In this document: positions 19,612 to 29,032 of the stretch, piece after piece
How positions within the stretch are numbered: the stretch's first letter is position 1
Layout: each line of letters starts with the position of its first letter
Assembly (NCBI GenBank): GCA_024275095.1
Contig: JAJRZV010000130.1
Span: 1-57,143, forward strand
Length of the DNA stretch: 57,143 nucleotides
Direction: 5' to 3'
Source of the DNA: a bacterium
GTDB lineage: Bacteria > JAJRZV01
Notes under the pieces: generated by a model
What the model was told of the DNA's origin: nothing
The model's database searches: none
What the model saw: only the letters and a program-made list of their open reading frames with translations
Program-made: the position numbers and the translations under genes

Positions 19612-20635
19612 GTGGTACCAGAAGGGTACGCTTTTAGTAGGAATTGTATTTTTTCTTTTCCCTTTTTCGTTTTTTTCAGGAGGAAGTGATTTTTATATAA
19701 CCTCGGTTGCAGCGGCTCGAGACTGGTCCAACTGCCTTGCCAGTGGATGCCATGGTCCCATGCTCAAAAGGAAAAAGGTACACCCGGCGCTTGAGGAAGG
19801 AGAGTGTACCGATTGTCATGAAAAGACGGGCAAACACAAGTTTCGGTTATCAGGAGAGGGTAATGATCTCTGTCTTTCCTGTCACGAGAATCCGGTTAAA
19901 GAGGGTGAAAATGCCCATCCGGCACTTGAGGAAGGAGCATGTACCGATTGTCACGATCCGCATGCTTCCACGCACAAAAAGCTGCTCAAGGAGGGGATCC
20001 CCGAGCTGTGCTATTCATGCCATGAAAGAAAAGACGAGACGAAGTATGTTCACGGGGCTGTGCTTCTCGGCCGCTGCTTGAAGTGTCACAAGCCCCACAG
20101 TTCCCCGTACGAGCACCTGCTTACGAAACCCAGTAGTACAGAGACGTGTTTTATATGTCATTACGATGATCTCACGGGCAGGAAAAGCGTCCATCCTGCC
20201 ATTACTGAAGGCTCATGTACCGACTGTCACAATCCCCACGGAAGTGATTTTAAAAACAACCTCGTGGCACAAGTGCCTGAACTGTGTTATAATTGTCATG
20301 AATCCAAGACAGAAGGTAAGGTTGTACACGGCGCTATTGAAGAAAAAGGGTGCTTGGGGTGCCATAATCCTCATGGATCCGATTATGTGGCCATGCTGTA
20401 CAGGGACATTTATTCATTATGCACGGGTTGTCATCCGGACCAGAAGGACGGCAGCCACATTATTACAGGCTTCAGAAGAAAGTTTCACCCTGTAAAAGGG
20501 GAAAAGGATCCGAAGCGGGAAGGTCGAGCTTTTTCATGTACATCCTGTCACAATCCCCATTCCAGCGATCATCCCTTCCTTTTTTACGAGGGCGATAGCA
20601 AGATGGAGATGTGCAAGCGATGTCATTCATTTTGA
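19562..20635 (+). CDS. Periplasmic multiheme cytochrome c (12 CxxCH + 1 CX4CH) with paired-CxxCH repeats; start uncertain
   Basis: Repeated H-P/G-A..G.CxxCH.PH.S...L....LCxxCH units; N-terminal hydrophobic segment. Confidence 0.92.
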   Translation: MWPRLSVLWKVVALDAKWYQKGTLLVGIVFFLFPFSFFSGGSDFYITSVAAARDWSNCLASGCHGPMLKRKKVHPALEEGECTDCHEKTGKHKFRLSGEGNDLCLSCHENPVKEGENAHPALEEGACTDCHDPHASTHKKLLKEGIPELCYSCHERKDETKYVHGAVLLGRCLKCHKPHSSPYEHLLTKPSSTETCFICHYDDLTGRKSVHPAITEGSCTDCHNPHGSDFKNNLVAQVPELCYNCHESKTEGKVVHGAIEEKGCLGCHNPHGSDYVAMLYRDIYSLCTGCHPDQKDGSHIITGFRRKFHPVKGEKDPKREGRAFSCTSCHNPHSSDHPFLFYEGDSKMEMCKRCHSF

Positions 20636-21093
20636 GAATTTTGAAGTCAGCGTTAATTGTTTTGATAATTGGAGCTGGATGGGGGGTGTTCTATGAGCAT
20701 GCCATAGGAGGAGATGCCTCATCTACCTCCGGTAAAACCGAACGTGTTACCCTGAGAAAACTCGAAGACAAAAAAGACATTCTCGTTATTTTCCATGTAA
20801 AGGATCCCGGAGATGTGGTTTTCAGTCATCGCAAGCACGTGCTTGGCACACGGGTGCCATGCGACATGTGTCATGGAACCCTTGGGGATAAATATCGTAA
20901 AAAAGCAGAGACGGAGGGTAAAACGTTTTACGAAGTCATAGATAAGGATTACTGCGCGCATTGCCATAAGGGAGGAGTGATTTTCAGCGTTGAGGATGAT
21001 AAGAAATGCTCGGTGTGTCATCATAGTAAAAAAGAAGAAGTGAAACCTGTTCAGCAGCACCAAAACCAGGAAAAAGAACACGGCGAGCAATGA
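20620..21093 (+). CDS. Triheme c7-type cytochrome c
   Basis: Signal/TM segment; VVFSHRKH, CDMCH, CAHCH, CSVCH. Confidence 0.85.
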   Translation: MSFILRILKSALIVLIIGAGWGVFYEHAIGGDASSTSGKTERVTLRKLEDKKDILVIFHVKDPGDVVFSHRKHVLGTRVPCDMCHGTLGDKYRKKAETEGKTFYEVIDKDYCAHCHKGGVIFSVEDDKKCSVCHHSKKEEVKPVQQHQNQEKEHGEQ

Positions 21094-22127
21094 GGAACAA
21101 AAAGTATATATGGGCAGGCGTGTTGGGTGTTTTTTTGTTTTCCGCGTGTGCCGCCACAATGCCCCGGCAGCGTGTTAACCTTGTATGGCCGCCTCCACCT
21201 GACGAGCCGCGGATCAGGTGGGAGGCCCAGTACAGGAGTATTGATGACCTTATCGGGCCGCCGAACTGGTTTTTGCGCCTCATTCTGGGCGTAAAAGCAC
21301 CGCGGCCGCCACGCCTTCTTAAGCCCTGGGGTGTGGCGGCAGATGAGGGTGGCCGGATTTTCGTTACGGATACCGTACGGGGAGATGTAGTGGTGTTTGA
21401 TACTGTGGAAAAAAAGATATACTTCATTGGACACCGCGGGCAGTTCACCACGGCCTTGCCCACCGGAATTGCTGTAACGGGAGACGGTCGGGTTTACGTG
21501 AGTGACGGCGTCAAAATGATGATTCTTGTCTATACCACGGAAGGGAACTACATAACCGCTTTCGGCAGGCGAGAGGACTTGGTAAAGCCCGCGGGGCTTG
21601 CTGTGGACGAGGAAAGGCAGCGCCTTTATGTTGTAGATATTAAAGGACACAAAATATGCGTATATGACCTTGAGGGACGCCTTCTCAAGACCATTGGCAA
21701 AAGGGGTACGGGGCCCGGGGAGTTCAACTTTCCGGTGGATATTGCGGTGGACAGAGAGGGACGCATCTATGTGACGGATTTTGGAAATTTTCGAGTGCAG
21801 GTTCTGGACAGTGACGGTAATTTCATCCGGGCTTTCGGTAAACCCGGAGATGCACCTGGCAATTTCCACAGGCCCAAAGGTATTGGAGTGGATTCCGAGG
21901 GCCACATATACGTGGCTGATGCCGCGTACAATAACTTTCAGATATTTGACAGTGAAGGTCGAATCCTTACCTTTGTAGGGGAAGCTGGTGTTGGTCCCGG
22001 CAAATTTCGGCTGCCGGCAGACCTTTACATAGACCGGCACGACCGTATCTATGTGGTGGATCAGCTCAACGCCAGGGTGCAGGTGTTTCAGTATCTTGGT
22101 ACTCCCCGGGGGGCTTCAACTGAGTGA
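21090..22127 (+). CDS. NHL-repeat beta-propeller lipoprotein
   Basis: Lipobox FSAC; WPPPPDEPRI; repeated F..P.GIAVD..G.IYV.D..N.RVQVF. Confidence 0.92.
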   Translation: MRNKKYIWAGVLGVFLFSACAATMPRQRVNLVWPPPPDEPRIRWEAQYRSIDDLIGPPNWFLRLILGVKAPRPPRLLKPWGVAADEGGRIFVTDTVRGDVVVFDTVEKKIYFIGHRGQFTTALPTGIAVTGDGRVYVSDGVKMMILVYTTEGNYITAFGRREDLVKPAGLAVDEERQRLYVVDIKGHKICVYDLEGRLLKTIGKRGTGPGEFNFPVDIAVDREGRIYVTDFGNFRVQVLDSDGNFIRAFGKPGDAPGNFHRPKGIGVDSEGHIYVADAAYNNFQIFDSEGRILTFVGEAGVGPGKFRLPADLYIDRHDRIYVVDQLNARVQVFQYLGTPRGASTE

Positions 22128-22189
22128 TATGACCCAGAAATGGAGGATAGCACCCAGTGGTGTCGGGGCATATAAGAAAAGATGTGAAT

Positions 22190-22231
22190 AATCAGGAGGT
22201 TAAATTGGTATTTTTTGGCATGTTTTGTGCT
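22190..22231 (+). promoter_or_regulatory. IHF site plus sigma54 promoter upstream of the OmcE-like gene
   Basis: AATCAGGAGGTTA (WATCARN4TTR) at 22190-22202; TGGCATGTTTTGTGCT (GG-N10-GC) at 22216-22231. Confidence 0.75.
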
Positions 22232-22303
22232 TCTCCCCAAAGAAATAAAAATCAGTCCCACGGGGGTCTAGAATGACCCTACTAAACGAAGGAGGGGGGT
22301 AAC

Positions 22304-23068
22304 ATGAGAAAGGTTATTACCGCCGCAGCAGCAGGTACAATGGTTCTGGGGATGGCGTATTCCGCGCTGGCGACCATTGCAGGCACGCCTCACGACCTGA
22401 GCGTGGGGAGTGGTGGCGTCGAGTTCAACACTGATCGGGTGTGCGTGTTCTGCCACTATCCCCACAATGCAAATCCTGCGGTGCCTCTCTGGAACCACAC
22501 GTTGTCTACTTCCACCTATGATCTTTACACCTCTTCGACCATTGATTCTGATTATGCCGCAGGAATCACCCCACCGACGGGTGTTTCCTTGAGCAACACC
22601 TCCAGCGGGCTTTGCCTGTCGTGTCATGATGGTACTGTGGCTGTAAATTCCGTGAACACAGGACCATCCGGAATCACGGAAGTTGTGAGTACGGGTGGTG
22701 GTGTAATAGACGCTACCACTTATGCGATATCCAGTACTGTAAGTGTGTATATTGGCACTGACCTTACCAATGACCACCCTGTGGATATTATTTACCGGGG
22801 AAGCAGCGATGATCCTGACCTGAACGACCCTTCCACGGTGATCTGTACCAATGCTGCCACCGGTCAGGATATTACGGTTCAGGATCTTCTTCGCCCGGGC
22901 AATAATGGTCTGCAGAACACGGTGCAGTGCACTTCCTGTCACGAGCCTCATAAAAGTTTAACGGCTGATACGGATATTTGTGGTAATTCCTACACTGGCG
23001 CCAGCAAGAACTTTATGAGGATTGATTTGGCAGGTAGCTTGCTTTGTTATGGTTGTCATAACAAGTAA
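22304..23068 (+). CDS. OmcE-like secreted tetraheme cytochrome c (candidate nanowire subunit)
   Basis: Signal peptide; HDLS..CVFCHYPHNA..PLWN..Y..Y.SS..CLSCHDG..GTDLTNDHPV..CTSCH..F.R..GS.LC.GCH.K follows the Geobacter OmcE motif order as I recall it. Confidence 0.85.
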   Translation: MRKVITAAAAGTMVLGMAYSALATIAGTPHDLSVGSGGVEFNTDRVCVFCHYPHNANPAVPLWNHTLSTSTYDLYTSSTIDSDYAAGITPPTGVSLSNTSSGLCLSCHDGTVAVNSVNTGPSGITEVVSTGGGVIDATTYAISSTVSVYIGTDLTNDHPVDIIYRGSSDDPDLNDPSTVICTNAATGQDITVQDLLRPGNNGLQNTVQCTSCHEPHKSLTADTDICGNSYTGASKNFMRIDLAGSLLCYGCHNK

Positions 23069-23158
23069 TACTCCTTCTATGTACTGGGTGTGAGCGTGCG
23101 CACCCCCGTGGGACGAAAATTTTTATATAATGGAAGGGACGGATGAGACGGGAAGAAG

Positions 23159-24115
23159 ATGCGCAAAGAAGAAATCCAGTTGGGATGGAAGATATGGGTT
23201 GTACTTGGATGGATGTGCGCTGTCCAGGCGAGTGCATCCCTTTCCCCGCTGGGGACCTCTGGAAGTCGGTTTACGCTCAGCGCTCAGGGCGCGTCCCAGT
23301 ACGGGTATACACTCGTTATTTCTTTGAAAGGGCAATCACGGGGAAGCTTCTTTCAGCCGGGTCCGTTTGGTCTGGGCATAGACTTTTCTTCCCGTACCGG
23401 ATTTTTTTTGTTCGGCGATGTGCCATCCCGTGCCGGCCCTTTTGATACATCTACCGAACTTTCCTTAGGCTTTGGCACCCGGATTTTAATCTCCCGCGAA
23501 AAACAGAAGGTCCCTGCTGTAGGAATAGGGGCCTACATAAAAAAAATAGGCGGCAACACAGATGGGGAAATTCGCACCATTGTTTCCAAAATAATAAAAA
23601 CGAATGAATTAATTGGAAACCTCGGCTACTCTTACGAGAGAGACTCGGCGCTTTCTGCGCACCATTTCCTTTTTTTATCAATGCTATGGCGAAGGTTCAT
23701 CACCTCTCGCTGGGAGGTGTTGGGTGAAGGTGCATTCTGGATTTCAAAAAATTTGGTCTTTGCCCTCAGCACAGGTGGCCAGTTTTTCCTGACCAAGCGC
23801 TTTTCCATAATGCTTTCCGCAGAAGCCCACTACGGAGGCAACGCGGTGGATGGCTCCACGGTGATTTCGTTGGCATATCGCACGTACGATGAACGCAGGC
23901 GTGACAGTGACGGAGACGGGATCTTTAACTTTCAAGACCGGTGCCCTTTTCAGCCGGAGGATAGAGACGGATTCGAAGACAGTGACGGCTGCCCGGATCC
24001 TGATAATGATGGTGATGGAATTCCCGATGCTCTTGACCCCACTCCCAACGGCGAGAGTCCCCAGAACCGGCATTTTGAAAAATCCTATCCCACTTTTAAG
24101 TTGCGGATTCTGTGA
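23159..24115 (+). CDS. Putative outer-membrane beta-barrel with C-terminal thrombospondin type-3-like Ca-binding repeats
   Basis: Signal peptide, alternating aromatic/Gly strands, then DSDGDGI..D.CP..PED.DGFED.DGCPDPDNDGDGI. Confidence 0.7.
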   Translation: MRKEEIQLGWKIWVVLGWMCAVQASASLSPLGTSGSRFTLSAQGASQYGYTLVISLKGQSRGSFFQPGPFGLGIDFSSRTGFFLFGDVPSRAGPFDTSTELSLGFGTRILISREKQKVPAVGIGAYIKKIGGNTDGEIRTIVSKIIKTNELIGNLGYSYERDSALSAHHFLFLSMLWRRFITSRWEVLGEGAFWISKNLVFALSTGGQFFLTKRFSIMLSAEAHYGGNAVDGSTVISLAYRTYDERRRDSDGDGIFNFQDRCPFQPEDRDGFEDSDGCPDPDNDGDGIPDALDPTPNGESPQNRHFEKSYPTFKLRIL

Positions 24116-25809
24116 TGCAGATACAACGATGCCTCTGGCCGATTGTTGCAGCGGCGGTGATCTGCGGGTTCCATTCTGAAACACGGGCTTTTTATTATTC
24201 TTTAAATGGACACGGTGCCCTGAATTTTTACCAGTATGGTATTCGTGCAAGTCACAGCCGGTCGCTTTTGGAGGAAGAACTCAGTACCAGCAGCGAATCT
24301 TTCTTTTATTCTCCAGAAGTAGAACGAACCTATCTCAATCTGGCTCTTCGCAACATCAATAATTTGGCATCAAAATCAACCCCGGGTAACTTCGCGTGGG
24401 GTGGTTATCTGCGTTCTTCTTTCTTTAGACGTCGTATGTTTCCCTTTTCATTTTCTCTTTATCGGAACGATACGTTTACCACTACCGAAGGTATTGGCTA
24501 CCGCGCGTTGGGGCAGGGATATGGAGTTGTATTAAATTCAAATATACCGCGGCTCCCTCTTTTGCGCGTTTCATGGAATGATGACTATCACAAGCAACTT
24601 CGAGACCGGGAAGGAACGGACGGGATGCTTGTTTTGTCCCGCGGGAGACATCGTCGTTTGAATCTGGAAGGTTTTCTGACTTCGTGGGAACAACGCACAA
24701 ATTTTATATTTAATTATTCCATTTTCGATGATTTTTTGAGAAATTCTAAGAAATCCAGCTGGTCTTTTGGATTTTACAATTATCTCACCCCCCTCAAAAG
24801 ATTAAATATGCGAAACCAGTTCAGCGTGAACAGGGTGAACTCGAGCGCAGGGGGTTCTTATACCAATCAATCCATCAGATTTTCTCACGTGACCTCCTTC
24901 AGGTTTTCAAATACGCAACGCATGGGGGTGTATTTCAATACAGGACAATCGAAAAGTGACGGGATAGAAAATCGCAGTGATGCACTGAATATCAGTTTTT
25001 TCTGGCGGCCGCGTTCAACCTATCAGCTCAGCGGAGGCGCGAGCTTTCGGTATTTCCGTTATGCTGATGGACTCACCGGCGGGAGCTTTATTTACACCAA
25101 CCACGGTGGCATAAAGGCCCAAATGAATTTTTTGAAAATACCCCTCATTCTGGGATACGACATTGGCATGGGAGTCCTGATACCCGAACAGGGCAGGGAA
25201 GGATTTTACATGTCCAATGCAGGCGGTATGTCTTTCGGAGTGGCCTGGCCCCGCTATTCACTCAAACACAGGGTGTCTCTTTCTGCGAGCAACACTTTCA
25301 ATACCTCATCCAATTCTTTGCGCACAGACGGGTTTCAGGCTCGTTATGATATTTTTTCGAGGGAGTTCGCCGGGCTTTTGAGGTTTTTAGGGAGAAGCTC
25401 GTACTTTTACAAAGATGTTGTTCAGGCACACAAAAAGAGTATTTCACGGGTCGGTAATGTGGAGATACAGATGTATTGTCGCTACAACGCTTATCTTTCT
25501 GGCAATGTGGTGACGGGGTTTCGCCGAAATTCTTCTGAATCCGGGGTTAATCGCTCAGTATTCGTACGAATGAGTGCAAAAGTAAAACCCCGATACGATA
25601 TTGAAGGCAATGTGTATGTATCCAGCTCATGGGCTTTCGTGCAATCGCAGCCAGCCCGCAGAACAACGAATACAGGCTTCAGAATTTCATGGATTCTGGG
25701 ACGTTTATTCATGAATTTTTCTGCCAATTTTGTGTTTCGCGATAGAGGGGTGGGTTACAACGTGTTCTTCTCACTCCGTCGCACTTTCTCTGTAAGGACC
25801 TGGACATGA
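24112..25809 (+). CDS. Putative large outer-membrane beta-barrel (porin-cytochrome type conduit or secretion pore)
   Basis: Signal peptide; S/N/R/F/Y-rich alternating strands throughout; FFSLRRTF near the C-terminus. Confidence 0.7.
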   Translation: MMQIQRCLWPIVAAAVICGFHSETRAFYYSLNGHGALNFYQYGIRASHSRSLLEEELSTSSESFFYSPEVERTYLNLALRNINNLASKSTPGNFAWGGYLRSSFFRRRMFPFSFSLYRNDTFTTTEGIGYRALGQGYGVVLNSNIPRLPLLRVSWNDDYHKQLRDREGTDGMLVLSRGRHRRLNLEGFLTSWEQRTNFIFNYSIFDDFLRNSKKSSWSFGFYNYLTPLKRLNMRNQFSVNRVNSSAGGSYTNQSIRFSHVTSFRFSNTQRMGVYFNTGQSKSDGIENRSDALNISFFWRPRSTYQLSGGASFRYFRYADGLTGGSFIYTNHGGIKAQMNFLKIPLILGYDIGMGVLIPEQGREGFYMSNAGGMSFGVAWPRYSLKHRVSLSASNTFNTSSNSLRTDGFQARYDIFSREFAGLLRFLGRSSYFYKDVVQAHKKSISRVGNVEIQMYCRYNAYLSGNVVTGFRRNSSESGVNRSVFVRMSAKVKPRYDIEGNVYVSSSWAFVQSQPARRTTNTGFRISWILGRLFMNFSANFVFRDRGVGYNVFFSLRRTFSVRTWT

Positions 25810-26828
25810 TAAAGGCTTTTTACAGAATTCATCCAATGGTAACAGTACTGTTTTTCGGGCTCCCCTTTTCGTGTGCAGCAGTAAAAACCGTGTCAATTTT
25901 TGAAAAAAGCGTAACACACCAGCGGGGTGTTGATTTGAAGGTCACCGGCATTCAGTACATTGGAGCAGCCTCATCCTTTACCGAGCTGGGCGCGAAAAAG
26001 AAGTTAGCAATGCGATTTGTTGAGTTGCTCACGGGCCTGAAGCCTGACAGAATTGAAAGACCCCTGGGGATATGGGCTGAAAATAACGTGATTGCAGTTG
26101 TGGAGCCCGTGAAAAAACGGGTGGCTGTGGTGGACCTGCGTGAAAAAAGGGGACGGGCTGTGGGAGGATTTTACTACCCGGTAGATGTGGCGGTTGTGTG
26201 GAACAGGGTGTTTGTCTCAGATGCAGATGCAGGACAGGTGTTCGTGTTTGATATGGATTTAAAACTCCTTGATACTGTTGGCCTGGGCTTTAAGCGACCG
26301 GTGGGACTCTGCGGTTCTGAAGGTGCAGGGCATTTGTTTGTTGTGGATACCTGGGCGCACACGGTTTATGGATACAACCGAATGCTGAAGAGGGTTCTGG
26401 AGATAGGTGGGAGAGGAGATGCCCCCGGACAGTTTAATTTTCCAACTTTCTGCGATGTAGACTCGAGAGGTTTGCTTTACGTGGTTGATTCCATGAACTT
26501 CCGTGTCCAGATTTTCAATGCGTACGATGGAGCTGTTGTCGGGACCTTCGGGTGTCATGCGATGGTGAGTGGTTGCATGGCTCAGCCCAAGGGGATAGGT
26601 GTTGACTCCCGGGGACACATATACCTGGCGGATGCGATTTTCGATGCTGTCCAGGTGTTCGATCGTGATGGGACACTGCTGGCTGTGATAGGACGACGTG
26701 GACGGGCTCCAGCGCAGTTCTGGTCACCCGCTGATGTTGACGTGGACGAAAAAGATCGGGTGTTTATAAGTGACATGTTCAACGATCGCATTCAGGTGTT
26801 TCAATATTACCCGGAAGCTCTCACGTGA
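25806..26828 (+). CDS. NHL-repeat beta-propeller lipoprotein
   Basis: PFSC lipobox-like motif; FNFPT..VDS.G.LYV.DSMNFRVQIF repeats. Confidence 0.9.
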   Translation: MIKAFYRIHPMVTVLFFGLPFSCAAVKTVSIFEKSVTHQRGVDLKVTGIQYIGAASSFTELGAKKKLAMRFVELLTGLKPDRIERPLGIWAENNVIAVVEPVKKRVAVVDLREKRGRAVGGFYYPVDVAVVWNRVFVSDADAGQVFVFDMDLKLLDTVGLGFKRPVGLCGSEGAGHLFVVDTWAHTVYGYNRMLKRVLEIGGRGDAPGQFNFPTFCDVDSRGLLYVVDSMNFRVQIFNAYDGAVVGTFGCHAMVSGCMAQPKGIGVDSRGHIYLADAIFDAVQVFDRDGTLLAVIGRRGRAPAQFWSPADVDVDEKDRVFISDMFNDRIQVFQYYPEALT

Positions 26829-26841
26829 GGGAGGTGGCACG

Positions 26842-27561
26842 GTGAGCGGGGGTGTTTTATCACAGGGCAGGAAGGGTTGGTGGAAATGGCTGGTGTGTGT
26901 GATCTCGGTGTGTGGTTTTTCCGCTTCTGCAACGGCTGACATCGCTTCAACAAAGCACAACCTTTCCACTTCCGGTCCTGGCCCTGTCAAGGCAGTATCT
27001 GAGACCCGGATTTGTGTGTTTTGTCACACGCCTCACGGAGCCAATCCCTCAATACCTCTGTGGAATCGTGATGTTTCTTACCAGAGTGGAATCGTTTACG
27101 TACCCTATTCCTCCGCGACACTTAATGCTTCCCCGGGCCAGCCTACAGGAGCAACAAAGTTGTGCCTTTCGTGTCATGACGGTACAGTCGCGGTGGGACA
27201 GCTGCTGAGAAACCCTGCTGTTTCCATGACCGATTCGGGTACAGGGAGGCTGACCCCTGAGGGCAAACTTTCTCCCTCGGCTCCGGGTTATATCGGGACG
27301 GACCTCAGCGGTTCCCATCCTGTGTCCTTTCAGGTGACAGAGGCCCTTATTGCAGCCAACAACTCCAGCGGTGATACCCCGCTCAATCCACTTTCTGCAA
27401 TGACCTCCGATCCTGACGGGGTGCGACTGGATGCAAACAACGAGCTTCAGTGCACGGCATGCCATGACCCTCACGACGACTCCAACCGTGCCACATCCGG
27501 CGCTCCCTTCTGGCGCAAGCCGGGATGGAGCGACGTGTGCCGGGTGTGTCACGGGATATAG
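26842..27561 (+). CDS. Second OmcE-like tetraheme cytochrome c
   Basis: GTG start with GGAGGT RBS; IASTKHNLS, CVFCHTPH, PLWNR, CLSCHDG, GTDLSGSHPV, CTACH, CRVCH. Confidence 0.85.
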   Translation: MSGGVLSQGRKGWWKWLVCVISVCGFSASATADIASTKHNLSTSGPGPVKAVSETRICVFCHTPHGANPSIPLWNRDVSYQSGIVYVPYSSATLNASPGQPTGATKLCLSCHDGTVAVGQLLRNPAVSMTDSGTGRLTPEGKLSPSAPGYIGTDLSGSHPVSFQVTEALIAANNSSGDTPLNPLSAMTSDPDGVRLDANNELQCTACHDPHDDSNRATSGAPFWRKPGWSDVCRVCHGI

Positions 27562-27627
27562 GTTAATGGGGGCGTGGTGGTAATAGCGGTGATAGTGGGG
27601 GGGAGCTCCATCCGCGTGAGCAGGGCA

Positions 27628-27646
27628 TTCCCGCCGGAGGCGGGAA
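27628..27646. other. Intergenic hairpin TTCCCGCC-GGA-GGCGGGAA
   Basis: Perfect 8-bp stem with no U tract. Confidence 0.5.
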
Positions 27647-27719
27647 GTATATATCAGGCGCGGTTGGAGCATGTGGTGAGTGAGAGAAGCATGAGAAGTG
27701 CACAAAGAAAGGAGACACG

Positions 27720-28739
27720 ATGAGTAAAAACGTGGTGAAGGTATTGTTACCCTTATTTTTTGTTTTGGTATTTCCTCTTTCACAGGCTTTTACAGGCATG
27801 GGCACCAATCCTCACATGAGGGGTCCCTTTAAAAAACGCGGCTGTGGTGTGTGTCACGTGGGACACGGAGCACCCCGGACCCCAATGCTTCCCGAGCCTG
27901 AAGAGAAGGCGTGTTACAGGTGCCATGGTGAGGAATGGTCCAAAACAAAGGAGATCCTGAACATTGAGCTGCCCGAGGACGAGGAACCCGTAAATGTGGA
28001 AAGGTCGTTCGAGAAACCGTACAGGCACCCTGTGGAGTTGAAGAAGGGTAAAAACGAAAGGGGTGCTGAGTGTACGGATTGTCATAATCCTCATGAAATG
28101 CGGTCCATGAGGAAAAAGCGTGCTCCAGGGACCAGAAAGGAAAACCCGTATAATGGCCAGGGGTATGAGTATGAACTGTGTTTTAAGTGCCACGCAGACG
28201 TAGCTGACCTTCCGCCCACTGAGAAAGATAAAAAGATGGAATTTGAAGGAATGCGGTCATCACACCCGGTTGTCTACGCGAAACGCTCTGGTCCTGTGCC
28301 CAGCTTAAAACCGGCTCTGTGGGAGGGTGCTTTTATCAACTGTACTGATTGCCACGGAAGCGACGATTTGGCAGACAGGGGGGTTCACGGGTCAATCTAT
28401 CCTCATATCCTCAGGTACAATTATCAGGAAGAAGACGGTACTGCTGAGAGTGAGTACACATATGCCCTTTGCTATTCGTGCCACGACAGAATGAGTATTT
28501 TGAGGGACGAGTCTTTCCGGTACCATTCGCTTCACGTGAGTGAGAATCAGATTTCCTGTCATTCTTGCCATGATCCTCACGGTTCTAACAATCCATATCT
28601 TATCAGGTTTTCTTCCGAGGGATTAACAGAAGTAGAACCTTCTTCGTCCGGAAAGCTGGAGTATGAAAGTTATGGCCCCAGGAGCGGAGCGTGTTTTGTC
28701 TCCTGCCATGGGAAAGACCATGACCCTGCGAGGTATTAA
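27720..28739 (+). CDS. Multiheme cytochrome c (7 CxxCH + 1 CX3CH)
   Basis: Signal peptide; CGVCH, CYRCH, CTDCH, CFKCH, CTDCH, CYSCH, CHSCH, CFVSCH. Confidence 0.92.
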   Translation: MSKNVVKVLLPLFFVLVFPLSQAFTGMGTNPHMRGPFKKRGCGVCHVGHGAPRTPMLPEPEEKACYRCHGEEWSKTKEILNIELPEDEEPVNVERSFEKPYRHPVELKKGKNERGAECTDCHNPHEMRSMRKKRAPGTRKENPYNGQGYEYELCFKCHADVADLPPTEKDKKMEFEGMRSSHPVVYAKRSGPVPSLKPALWEGAFINCTDCHGSDDLADRGVHGSIYPHILRYNYQEEDGTAESEYTYALCYSCHDRMSILRDESFRYHSLHVSENQISCHSCHDPHGSNNPYLIRFSSEGLTEVEPSSSGKLEYESYGPRSGACFVSCHGKDHDPARY

Positions 28740-28772
28740 ATTTTTGTATAGAGAAAGCGAGGGGTTGTGGTG

Positions 28773-28980
28773 TGTCAAATAATTGACAGGAAAAGGGCAA
28801 ATAACTCACAAAGTGGAGTAAAATACTCAGCAGGGTGAAGTATTAAACGAGATGCTCAGAATCGAAGAGAAAAACACTTCAAAAATTTTTAATAAATTCA
28901 ATGGGTTAGGGAGTACGCCTTTTCTCAAATACAGAGGGCGGTCTTCTGGTTCTGTTTCCGGTTATGGCATTTTTATTGCC
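28773..28980 (+). promoter_or_regulatory. sigma54 promoter with IHF-like site and upstream palindromes
   Basis: TGGCATTTTTATTGC at 28965-28979; ATTCAATGGGTTA at 28896-28908; palindromes TGTCAA-N4-TTGACA (28773-28788) and GAGTA-AAA-TACTC (28816-28828). Confidence 0.8.
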
Positions 28981-29032
28981 TTCTCCTTAGGAGAAGATAA
29001 AAAGGAGAGGTGTGTAATCGCCTGAAGGGGGG

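Noticed and set aside
22128-22303. GEMM-I cyclic-dinucleotide riboswitch, as found upstream of Geobacter cytochromes
   Set aside because: No GGCAAAC...GAAA...GGACGCAAA core; the region is explained by the IHF and sigma54 elements.
28773-28788. Palindrome sharing TGTCAAAT with the transposase TIR as a possible element remnant
   Set aside because: Only 8 bp are shared and there is no GGGGTCAG end; better explained as a regulator site.
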